64,000 nt of DNA, taken from a plasmid. Under the pieces are notes generated by a model that saw only the letters and a list, made by a program, of their open reading frames with translations, had not been told where the DNA came from and did no database searches. Position numbers and translations under genes: made by a program. The stretch lies in NCBI RefSeq assembly GCF_055900595.2, contig NZ_JBVWEU010000002.1, one strand, 5' to 3'. Positions 32,570-42,412 of the stretch are shown one piece after another (within the stretch, counting starts at the first letter, position 1; every line of letters starts with the position of its first letter).

Positions 32570-33790
32570 ATGCGTAAAGAAGATAATATGAATACGGCAT
32601 CAGGATTGCGTATTACCATGATTTTGCTGGGTATTGCCGTCACACCTGTGCTGTTGTCATCCTCAAGCCTCGGCAATCAACTTTCCAGTGGTAGTTTAAT
32701 TAGCGTCGTACTATTAGGCGGCGTCATTCTGACCTTACTTTCAGCCATCACCATTAGTGTGGGAGAAAAAGCCCGCCTGCCAACATACGGTATTGTGAAA
32801 TATTCATTTGGCGAAAAAGGGGCCATCGCCATTAATATTTTGATGGCTATAAGTCTGTTCGGCTGGATTGCCGTTACCGCTAATATGTTTGGTCATTCGG
32901 TGCATGACTTACTGGCGCAGAATGGGATTGAAGCGCCACTGGCACTGTTAGTGGCAGCTGGTTGTGTCATTTTTGTCGCCTCTACGGCCTTTGGTTTTTC
33001 CATTCTGGGCAAAGTTGCCCAGGTCGCCGTGCCGGTTATCGCACTGGTGCTGTGTTATATACTCTATGTGGCAACCCATACCGAAGTATCAGCGCCAGCA
33101 GCGATAGCGGAGATGAGTACAGGTGTCGCCGTTTCCACCGTTGTTGGCACTATTATTGTGCTGGTTGCTACACTTCCCGACTTCGGTAGTTTTGTACATA
33201 ACCGAAAACATGCTCTGATTGCCGCAGGTATGACGTTTCTGGTTGCCTACCCTCTGCTATACTGGGCGGGTGCAACGCCGAGTGCCATTAGCGGCCAGGG
33301 CTCTTTACTGAATGCTATGGCAGTATTCGGTGCGGTTATGCCTGCAGCACTGTTGCTGATATTCGCCTGCGTCACCGGTAATGCGGGCAATATGTTCCAG
33401 GGGACGTTGGTAGTTTCCACACTGCTTAGCCGCTTTCCCAAATGGCAGATTACCGTTGCGCTGGGTATCCTTTCCGCCATCGTAGGCAGTATGGATATTA
33501 TGGCGTGGTTTATTCCGTTTCTGCTGTTCCTGGGTATCGCGACTCCCCCAGTTGCCGGAATTTATATCGCTGACTTTTTCCTTTATCGCCGTAATGGCTA
33601 TCAAGAGTCGGTGTTAACTCAGGAGTCACAGGTTAAAGTACTGACATTCGCTGCATGGATCACAGGCACAGCGGTTGGCTTTATGACCGTAAAAGGCTTA
33701 TTCACCCTGACGACGATCCCTTCAGTTGACTCCATTCTGGTGGCATGTATCGCGTATGCGATTCTCAGTCGGGCAAGTCAACACCGCTAA
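32570..33790 (+). CDS. NCS1-family permease (cytosine/purine/hydantoin-type)
   Basis: 406 aa, about 12 hydrophobic segments; resemblance to CodB-type permeases. Confidence 0.6.
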   Translation: MRKEDNMNTASGLRITMILLGIAVTPVLLSSSSLGNQLSSGSLISVVLLGGVILTLLSAITISVGEKARLPTYGIVKYSFGEKGAIAINILMAISLFGWIAVTANMFGHSVHDLLAQNGIEAPLALLVAAGCVIFVASTAFGFSILGKVAQVAVPVIALVLCYILYVATHTEVSAPAAIAEMSTGVAVSTVVGTIIVLVATLPDFGSFVHNRKHALIAAGMTFLVAYPLLYWAGATPSAISGQGSLLNAMAVFGAVMPAALLLIFACVTGNAGNMFQGTLVVSTLLSRFPKWQITVALGILSAIVGSMDIMAWFIPFLLFLGIATPPVAGIYIADFFLYRRNGYQESVLTQESQVKVLTFAAWITGTAVGFMTVKGLFTLTTIPSVDSILVACIAYAILSRASQHR

Positions 33791-33867
33791 TTCCTGGGTA
33801 TACTCAGGCAATGATTACGGCTGAATCTGGAGAGATTCAGCCACTTTACCACTGACCAGGGAGCCTT

Positions 33868-34758
33868 ATGTTCATCTCAGACGAAACGATTCGAATTATT
33901 CATCTGGTCGCCAGACACCAGAACATCACCACCGCAGCCGAACAGTTAAATAAAGTCCCTTCTACTATCAGTTACACCCTGAAGAAAGCGGAAGAAACCC
34001 TGGGCGTTGAACTGTTCATTCGTAAGGGACGATATATTGAATTATCTCCGGCGGGGAGTTACTTCATCGAACATAGCAAAAATATTCTCCGCGATCTGGA
34101 TGCATTAAAGCGCAACACAGTGCTGATTCACGATGGTATTGAGCGTGAACTGACAATTGCGGTGAACAATATTATACCTGGTGATTTTCTGGTGTCATTT
34201 ATTCAAGATTTTGAACGGCAATTCACATCAACAACACTGACGGTAGATATTGAAGTATACAACGGCTGCTGGGATGCGCTGTACAGTAAACGTGCTGATC
34301 TGGTCTACGGTGCTCCTCATGCAGTACCAAGCAGTGAAGGCATCATTAGCGAACCGGTCGGACAAATAGAATGGGATTTTGTCGTCAGCCCACTTCATCC
34401 ACTGGCAGTGAAGCGGAATCCATTAGAAAATAGTGAATTGCGTCATTATCCTGCGGTTTGTATCCGGGATACCTCCGTTAACTTCCCCCCAATGCAAGCC
34501 TGGTTGTTGGAAGGACAAAAACCTATTTTTGTTCCTGACTTCGCCATGGCAATCAGCTTAATAGAACAAAACGTCGGTATTGGTTATATTCCACATCATC
34601 TGGCATTGCCGTTATTGAACAGAGGTAAATTGCTTAAAAAGCCAATGCGCGAACATAAACACGCCACCAAGTTATTTCTTGCCGCTCGTTCCGATGGTAT
34701 AGGAAAAGCCTGTCTGTGGTGCATGTCGTATTTAAGAAATAAGCAATTCATGGCGTAA
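33868..34758 (+). CDS. LysR-family transcriptional regulator
   Basis: 296 aa; N-terminal HTH (TAAEQLNKVPSTISYTLKKAEETLGVELFIRKGR). Confidence 0.75.
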   Translation: MFISDETIRIIHLVARHQNITTAAEQLNKVPSTISYTLKKAEETLGVELFIRKGRYIELSPAGSYFIEHSKNILRDLDALKRNTVLIHDGIERELTIAVNNIIPGDFLVSFIQDFERQFTSTTLTVDIEVYNGCWDALYSKRADLVYGAPHAVPSSEGIISEPVGQIEWDFVVSPLHPLAVKRNPLENSELRHYPAVCIRDTSVNFPPMQAWLLEGQKPIFVPDFAMAISLIEQNVGIGYIPHHLALPLLNRGKLLKKPMREHKHATKLFLAARSDGIGKACLWCMSYLRNKQFMA

Positions 34759-34881
34759 TACCATCAATACAGTGATATTGCCAGGCTCTTCCAGGGTTAT
34801 ACTGAATGCAATGATCCGAAAGGATGATGAATGGATTGATTCATACCACAAGTTTTCATTTTGACATCCTCCACGCCCTAA

Positions 34882-35016
34882 GGACGAGGGGTCCTGCTTC
34901 AACGGGCGGCATCCGTCATCCGCCAATACATTGAATAGCAGCAGACACCTGGTTAGGTGGAAAACAGCGCCTTATATCCCCGCTGAAGGACGGGGTTTTA
35001 CGGTGCACGGATAAAA
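34882..35016 (+). repeat. Copy B of the ~134-bp direct repeat bracketing cluster 1
   Basis: Near-identical to 26174-26306; ends CCCCG-CTGAAGG-ACGGGG followed by TTTTA (terminator-like). Confidence 0.8.
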
Positions 35017-35191
35017 GGAGCATGAATGATGGAGTATGTAGAAGTATCGGAGAAAATTTGATATTCTTCTTGATAAAATGAGATTTTCTGCACATATAAG
35101 CATACAGGAGATTCATAGTACAAAAATAAAAAATCATAATAATAAACTTAAATTGACATAACTATAATCAACTTTGAACAGGAATATATTA

Positions 35192-35581
35192 ATGATAAAA
35201 CAAAAGGTATTTTTCTCAGGTACTGTACTAGCTATTTTTTTATCTCTCAGCAACGTATCTTTGGCTTCCGGCCTGGATAAAAACATGCAGTCTCTTGCCA
35301 AAAGTATGAGTATTCTACAATCTTCCAATGATAAATCATCACTATTAAATGCTCTTGAAATGATGGATAAATCTGTAGATTCTTCTATGAATATTATTCC
35401 TGAAAAGATAGATGTTAATGATAAAGTTTCTGTAGATAATTATAAGGAAGAGTTAAAAAAACTACAACATGAAATCAATATTGCAAAAAAGAAAGTTGAG
35501 GACGGGAATATAGAATCATTACGTGAGTCTCTGGATAAAATGAACGATATAAAACTTGAAGGTCACCGAAAATTCAGATGA
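35192..35581 (+). CDS. Secreted cytochrome b562-family protein
   Basis: ATG 35192 then signal peptide MIKQKVFFSGTVLAIFLSLSNVSLA; mature N-terminus ...DKNMQSL and C-terminus ...LEGHRKFR parallel the Met/His heme-ligand positions of cytochrome b562 as I recall it; AT-rich. Confidence 0.5.
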   Translation: MIKQKVFFSGTVLAIFLSLSNVSLASGLDKNMQSLAKSMSILQSSNDKSSLLNALEMMDKSVDSSMNIIPEKIDVNDKVSVDNYKEELKKLQHEINIAKKKVEDGNIESLRESLDKMNDIKLEGHRKFR

Positions 35582-35832
35582 TCTACAAAAATAAATTTTA
35601 ATATTTAAATACGGCAATATATTTTATCATGTATTGCCGTCTTGGCGTATTCTTTCCGTTCCATTCAATTGCATCTGGCATAACAAGAGAAATAGTAGAC
35701 TCCTCATTACTGCTGTTGTATAACTGCGCACCATAATCTGCTAGACTGGCCCCCTGAATCTCCAGACAACCAATATCACTTAAATAAGTGATAGTCTTAA
35801 TACTAGTTTTTAGACTAGTCATTGGAGAGCAG

Positions 35833-36198
35833 ATGATTGATGTCTTAGGACCGGAGAAACGCAGACGGCGTACTACACAGGAAAAGATCGCTATTGTTCA
35901 GCAGAGTTTTGAACCGGGAATGACGGTCTCCCTTGTAGCCCGGCAACACGGTGTGGCAGCCAGCCAGCTATTTCTCTGGCGCAAGCAATACCAGGAGGGA
36001 AGTCTTACTGCTGTGGCCGCAGGAGAGCAGGTCGTTCCTGCCTCTGAACTTGCTGCTGCCATGAAGCAGATTAAAGAACTCCAGCGCCTGCTCGGCAAAA
36101 AAACGATGGAAAATGAACTCCTTAAAGAAGCCGTTGAATATGGGCGTGCAAAAAAGTGGATAGCGCACGCGCCCTTATTGCCCGGGGATGGGGAGTAA
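35833..36198 (+). CDS. insC: IS2 transposase OrfA
   Basis: [56 protein letters not shown]... matches IS2 InsC as I recall it. Confidence 0.85.
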
Positions 36199-36821
36199 GC
36201 TTAGTCAGCCGTTGTCTCCGGGTGTCGCGTGCGCAGTTGCACGTCATTCTCAGACGAACCGATGACTGGAAAGATGGTCGCCGCAGCCGTCACTCCGATA
36301 ATACGGATGTGCTTCTCCGTATACACCATGTTATCGGAGAGCTGCCCACGTATGGTTATCGTCGGGTATGGGCGCTGCTTCGCAGACAGGCCGAACTTGA
36401 TGGTATGCCTGCGATCAATGCCAAACGTGTTTACCGGATCATGCGCCAGAATGCGCTGTTGCTTGAGCGAAAAACCGCTGTACCGCCATCGAAGCGGGCA
36501 CATACTGGCAAAGTGGCCGTGAAAGAAAGCAATCAACGATGGTGCTCTGACGGGTTCGAGTTCCGCTGTGATAACGGAGAAAAACTGCGAGTCACGTTCG
36601 CGCTGGACTGCTGTGACCGTGAGGCACTGTACTGGGCGGTCACTACGGGCGGCTTCGACAGTGAAACAGTACAGGACGTCATGCCAGGAGCGGTGGAACG
36701 CCGCTTCGGCAACGAGCTTCCGGCGTCTCCAGTAGAGTGGCTGACGGATAATGGTTCATGCTACCGGGCTAATGAAACACGGCAGTTTGCCCGGATGTTG
36801 GGGCTTGAACCGAAGAACACA
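36156..36821 (+). pseudogene. insD: IS2 transposase OrfB, 3'-truncated
   Basis: First about 222 aa match IS2 InsD; the ORF then reads through into unrelated ABC-ATPase sequence. Confidence 0.8.
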
Positions 36822-37292
36822 GAGTTGAGTGCGTCTATCCTGGAGAACGTTGCTGTTGTGCCTCAAAAAGCCGTTCTGGTGCAGGGAACTATTCGTGATA
36901 ATATTCTGTATGGAACCGATGACATTCTTCCCGATGATGAACTGTTTTGCATCCTGAATTCATTAGGGTTAATTAAAGAGGACTGCGGAGAACATTTCCT
37001 TGCTTTCCTAGACCGGGATATTAATCCTCTGGGTAGTGGTTTGAGTGGTGGAGAGATCCAGCGATTATGCATAGCCCGCGCCCTAGCCCGTAAGAAAAAG
37101 ATTATCGTACTTGATGAACCCACGGCCTCTATTGGCGAAGAACTCGCGATAAAGATCATTACCTATATCCGGCAGCATTGCCCTACCGTTATTATTACAA
37201 CTCATAATCCACGAATTCTGGAGCTCGCCGATCATTTTTTTGATGGTATGTCAAAGTCTTGCGTCATTGCTGGAGAAGGCAGAGACCAATAA
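36822..37292 (+). pseudogene. C-terminal fragment of an ABC-transporter ATP-binding domain
   Basis: ...[11 protein letters not shown] ... [15 protein letters not shown] ... [12 protein letters not shown] ... VIITTHNP; no Walker A or upstream portion. Confidence 0.55.
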
Positions 37293-37493
37293 ACCACACA
37301 CGTTAATTCATTTATATCTAATCGGGGTTGTACGCCGGAAACGCCGAAATTTCCGATACAGCGAATTTGTTGATTTTTGAAGCATGTTTGGAAGGTTTTG
37401 ACGTGTACGTTTATGGTGCAGTAAGTGAGAATTTATTCGTACCAGCCATATGATACGTTACGGGCAGTGATTTTTCGCGCTAGACAGCTATTT

Positions 37494-37746
37494 GGGGTTT
37501 GGGGAGTAGTGGAACTCAAAAGGCGGTTAAGCGGTTCAATTGAATGGTCAATAACAGGTAAATCAATCTGTTGAGATCAACAACGTCGTTTGTTCCGCAA
37601 ACGGCCAGGATGAGTAAAGCCAACTTGGCCCCCCCCAAAACAGATAGCCAAGAACGCAGATTCACGATGTAAATTGGCTGGTTGATTTTTGGCTATTTAA
37701 AATGACCGCTTAACGGCGGTTATTGTTCCACTGAGCCTCAAACCCC
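37494..37746. repeat. Pair of inverted Tn3-family 38-bp terminal repeats about 250 bp apart (miniature Tn3-derived element or internally deleted transposon)
   Basis: Arms GGGGTTTGGGGAGTAGTGGAACTCAAAAGGCGGTTAAG and (reverse complement) GGGGTTTGAGGCTCAGTGGAACAATAACCGCCGTTAAG resemble the Tn3 IR GGGGTCTGACGCTCAGTGGAACGAAAACTCACGTTAAG. Confidence 0.5.
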
Positions 37747-37969
37747 GAAACCTGGATTTTTCCGCGACCAGTAACGGCGTGGGTTGTCACATAAACGACC
37801 GATTGAGTGACTGTCACTGAAACAACGATTTCTGCATCAGATTTCGTCACATAACCCGTCACCTATTCAACGTCATGCAAATCTGTCAATTACTGGCTTT
37901 GGTTACGGAATTTTCTAGGTTTTCGGCTTAGAACCCCAAATAGTCTTAACGTGGTTTATTTTCCGAATT

Positions 37970-38248
37970 TCAAGCGCCCCCCTGGATGAGCGTGATGATT
38001 ACTGGCGGACCTTTGACGTTCCAGCAAATTCCCCTGTTCCACATAGGTTTCCAGATATGACCGGTTATTTTCACGTTCGGTGTACGTGTTACAGCTGCAT
38101 TATCAATATCATCAGGGATAAAATTGTAAGATCGTGGAAAATGTTTATTCATAGCCCGGATGATGGCTGTCTGTGCATCCTTTGTTCGGGCGCGGTGTTT
38201 CCATTCACGCCAGCCATCCACCTCAGAAATAATAACAGTAATCATCAA
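37970..38248 (-). CDS. Hypothetical protein
   Basis: 92-aa ORF between the Tn3-IR pair and the FinO-domain gene; no recognisable motif. Confidence 0.2.
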   Translation of the reverse strand: MMITVIISEVDGWREWKHRARTKDAQTAIIRAMNKHFPRSYNFIPDDIDNAAVTRTPNVKITGHIWKPMWNRGICWNVKGPPVIITLIQGGA

Positions 38249-38302
38249 AACCTCGTGTCGTTACTCAATTTTGATTCCATAGCGGGACAGCATTTCACAT
38301 AA

Positions 38303-38968
38303 TTATGCCCCGTTATGAATGCAGGCGTCCTTCAAATTGCTGTCCGGTGTGACAGTTTTCGATGGTTGGTTGCAACGAGCATCTTCTGTCTCTTTCATCC
38401 TGGCGTTATAACGCTGCGTGTGTTTTTCAAGTTTTGCCTGCGCATACAGCGCTTCTTCCTCCGTTACAGTTCCATGAACTTTGCCATCCAGACCATAACG
38501 CGGAGTACCTGCGACTGATATACGCTGCAGATATTTGTAACCGCCAGTAATCATCCTTACAGCACAATTCCATTCTTTTACAGTTAGTCCACACTCAGGA
38601 CTGGCCGAAATAAAAGCCATGACATCCTTTGAGATGCCTATTTTAAATGCATGATATCCCCCCTCTTCAGCCCGTAACTGAGGGAATGTTTTTTTAACAC
38701 AGTCCAGACTGTGTCGGATAAACTCATGATTCCATCTATTGTTCTTCTTTTTTTTCTTCTTCTTACGTCCTGTTTTTTTCTGTTGTTCCGGGGAACCGGC
38801 CACTGTGGCTGGTATTTCAGGAGGTAATGAGTCGGTTTTAAATTCCATTACTGGCGCTGGTTTTATATCATCAGGAACTGCCTGTACAGCATCATCCTGA
38901 TGAGAAAGAATTCGTCTTTTTTTCTTAATAATAACAACAGGTGACGGTTTCTTTGTAACACTGCCCAT
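38303..38968 (-). CDS. FinO/ProQ-domain protein (putative RNA chaperone) with lysine-rich N-terminal region
   Basis: C-terminal region (FPQLRAEEGGYHAFKIGISKDV...LTVKEWNCAVRMITGGYKYLQ...GTPRYGLDGKVHGTVTEEE) parallels the canonical FinO at 60264-60824; KKKKKKKNNRW tract; start taken at second ATG. Confidence 0.55.
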   Translation of the reverse strand: MGSVTKKPSPVVIIKKKRRILSHQDDAVQAVPDDIKPAPVMEFKTDSLPPEIPATVAGSPEQQKKTGRKKKKKKKNNRWNHEFIRHSLDCVKKTFPQLRAEEGGYHAFKIGISKDVMAFISASPECGLTVKEWNCAVRMITGGYKYLQRISVAGTPRYGLDGKVHGTVTEEEALYAQAKLEKHTQRYNARMKETEDARCNQPSKTVTPDSNLKDACIHNGA

Positions 38969-39070
38969 ATACACACCTCTGCGTATCGTTAATATATAAT
39001 GCACGACATACAGATAGTATATATCTGAGTCGGTAAAGTCACCAACAGAAGAATAATAACATGTATTTCA

Positions 39071-39349
39071 TTACTGTTCGCGAATTATCACTCTGGATTC
39101 CTTCCTGGTGACATAAGTACAGTTATCAGGTACATCTTCCATAATAAAAGACATTGCCCCGATTTTAACATTACTTCCGATTTTCACATTTAACCCAATA
39201 ATACATGTATGGGCACCAATATCGACATTATCACCAATAACAATATAGTTTTCCCTACTGTCAGAAACCTTTTCACCAATGGTTGTATTCTGCCGTATAA
39301 TGACATTCTCACCGATATCAACATTACCATGAATGACGATTCCTGCATG
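39071..39349 (-). pseudogene. C-terminal half of a hexapeptide-repeat (LbH) acetyltransferase gene, separated from its N-terminal half (54358-54678) by the IS1-bounded unit
   Basis: Reads HAGIVIHGNVDIGENVIIRQNTTIGEKV...IGDNVDIGAHTCII... directly from the IS1 end; the 9 bp TCCTGCATG abut the IS1 end. Confidence 0.6.
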
Positions 39350-39631
39350 GGTAATGACTCCAACTTATTGATAGTGTTTTATGTTCAGATAATGCCCGAT
39401 GACTTTGTCATGCAGCTCCACCGATTTTGAGAACGACAGCGACTTCCGTCCCAGCCGTGCCAGGTGCTGCCTCAGGTTCAGGTTATGCCGCTCAATTCGC
39501 TGCGTATATCGCTTGCTGATTACGTGCAGCTTTCCCTTCAGGCGGGATTCATACAGCGGCCAGCCATCCGTCATCCATATCACCACGTCAAAGGGTGACA
39601 GCAGGCTCATAAGACGCCCCAGCGTCGCCAC
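39350..39631 (-). mobile_element. IS1 fragment (right-end about 280 bp, inverted), truncated internally
   Basis: Starts GGTAATGACTCCAACTTATTGATAGTG; encodes the InsB C-terminus on the minus strand. Confidence 0.8.
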
Positions 39632-40486
<855 letters not shown>

Positions 40487-41095
40487 TAATTACACTGTGG
40501 GTTGACGCCGGAAGAATCAGAGAACAGATACCGTTCTTACTGTAAAACGTGGCTAATATTAATTGAGCACTGCAGTGTTCAGAGCACAAAGAAGAAAAAA
40601 GATGTGTGCGAATGCCTGTAATGTGTTAAAAGAATGTTCCGCGTTTCCGGTACGCTTTTCGTAACTAACAATGCAGGGTGACGTAACGCTGGTTGTGCCG
40701 GAAACGCGTCCCTCCCCCTATCTTTCCTGTTTGGATTTGCCCCTATATTTCTGGATTATCCGACAAAACCGGCGTGAAGTATTACTCTCGTCGCCCAGCA
40801 CCATAAGGATAACGCCCATAAAATCATGAAACTTTTCTTCCAGATTGGATACAATCAGGCCGAAACGGTGATGAATATTATCCAAATCTGATGGTTCGTA
40901 GCGTTTTCAGCCCCCAGATTCTGAGTTGCCTGTAGGGATGATTTCAATTCCCGATTTGTCTATCGCATAGAGAAAAAGAATTTCATTTCTGTTCACCAGA
41001 ACCCATGTAACCCACTCCAATTCGTTATTTATCTCACTGATTGCCCTTCATTTATCTCATTGATGCACCGAAAGGTAAAACTGCCATCCGGTGCA

Positions 41096-42025
41096 TCACG
41101 CTCGATGCATCAAATCCTGATAAATCCCCGTCAGTATTCCTTGTAAGCTAAATTCTCTTTTTATCCACTGAGTGACTTGACCGCTTGCCGAATGCCTGGT
41201 TGCCAACAGCATTCGTGAATCCTGACGTGGGTTGTGGATCTGCCGTGTCACCAGCAATGACTTTTCCATCGCTTCACGCACCATATAGTCTGGCAGAAAA
41301 CCGATTCCCTCCCCCAAGATCTGGCACTGAAGCTTAGTATTAAAGTCGGGAACCAGAATCGACTCTTGCCCGTGTAACAGCCAGCCGACTTTTTTGTTTA
41401 TAGTGTTTGCAGTGTCTTCCACCATGATGTTCGGGTACAGACGTAACTGACTCTCAGAAATGGGCTCAGGAATAAACGCCAGCGGATGAGCCGGAGAAAT
41501 CGCGAACAACCAACGAATCATGCCGATTTCAATGTAATCAATTCCACCACCGTCCAGTAACGTATCGGGCGCGCCAATGGCGATATCAGCCTGGTTATTA
41601 ATGAGTGAATCCCAGACGCCATTATACACCTCTGTAGTAATAGCTATCTGGCAGGTTGGAAAGTGTTCCCTGAGCACTTGCAGAAGCCGAGCTGTATGCT
41701 GAGGGGTATACAACAGTTGATTAATACAAATGCGCACCCGGGATTTAATTCCCTGAGCGATGGCATCAACTCTACGTATGATGGAGTGGTAATCGTTGAG
41801 CAGGTCAGTTGCTTTGCAAAAAAGGTAGTGCCCGGGCTCGGTCAGCTCAATGCTACGGGTAGTTCGGGTAAAAAGCACCACGTCAAGCCCCATTTCCATA
41901 CGCTTGATAGTGTAACTAATTGCCGATGTGGTTAAGCCCAGTTCCTTCGCCGCCTTGCTGAAACTTCTATAGCGGGCAGCCATAGTAAATGCCAGTAAGT
42001 TTTCTTCCGTAAATATTGAATTCAT
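41096..42025 (-). CDS. LysR-family transcriptional regulator, divergent from cluster 2
   Basis: Start taken at internal ATG 42025 (MNSIFTEENLLAFTMAARYRSFSKAAKELGLTTSAISYTIKRME...); HTH plus LysR substrate-binding domain. Confidence 0.75.
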   Translation of the reverse strand: MNSIFTEENLLAFTMAARYRSFSKAAKELGLTTSAISYTIKRMEMGLDVVLFTRTTRSIELTEPGHYLFCKATDLLNDYHSIIRRVDAIAQGIKSRVRICINQLLYTPQHTARLLQVLREHFPTCQIAITTEVYNGVWDSLINNQADIAIGAPDTLLDGGGIDYIEIGMIRWLFAISPAHPLAFIPEPISESQLRLYPNIMVEDTANTINKKVGWLLHGQESILVPDFNTKLQCQILGEGIGFLPDYMVREAMEKSLLVTRQIHNPRQDSRMLLATRHSASGQVTQWIKREFSLQGILTGIYQDLMHRA

Positions 42026-42412
42026 CTTTCTTTCCTCTGGCGACAATACACATACACAACATGATGATTGTTGAATGTATTTGTAATTCTTATAACCGAC
42101 AATCAGTTTTGAAAAAACTAACACCGTATTTACATTTAATTTGAAGGAAATCACACATCTGAATTTTAATTACAGGCAGCTATCCGTGCTGCAGACCACC
42201 TTTATTTATATGACTGCGGATTAATGGCTAAAATATCCCCAGCTATAATAGAAATATTGCACTATATCACACTCTCTTATTATTGTTAATTTTGTTTCAA
42301 TAATTCATGGTCTAATGATGAGTAAATTTTAAATGGATGGTGCTCTATGCATTCTGTTGCTATTCTTGGCTTGTTATATTTGTAAAATCTTAAAAAGAGC
42401 AGGAGATCGATT
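42026..42412. promoter_or_regulatory. Divergent control region between the LysR gene and the cluster 2 operon
   Basis: 387-bp AT-rich intergenic region between divergently oriented genes; inferred from arrangement only. Confidence 0.35.

Larger units (their letters stand above)
35743..36821 (+). mobile_element. IS2, truncated at its 3' end (about 1.08 kb of 1.33 kb)
   Basis: Left end TAGACTGGCCCCCTGAATCTCCAGACAACC... at about 35743; insC complete; insD homology stops after ...[11 protein letters not shown]. Confidence 0.8.

Noticed and set aside
36156-37292. 378-aa ORF treated as a single intact protein
   Set aside because: It is a fusion of truncated IS2 InsD with an unrelated ABC ATPase tail; annotated as two pseudogene segments instead
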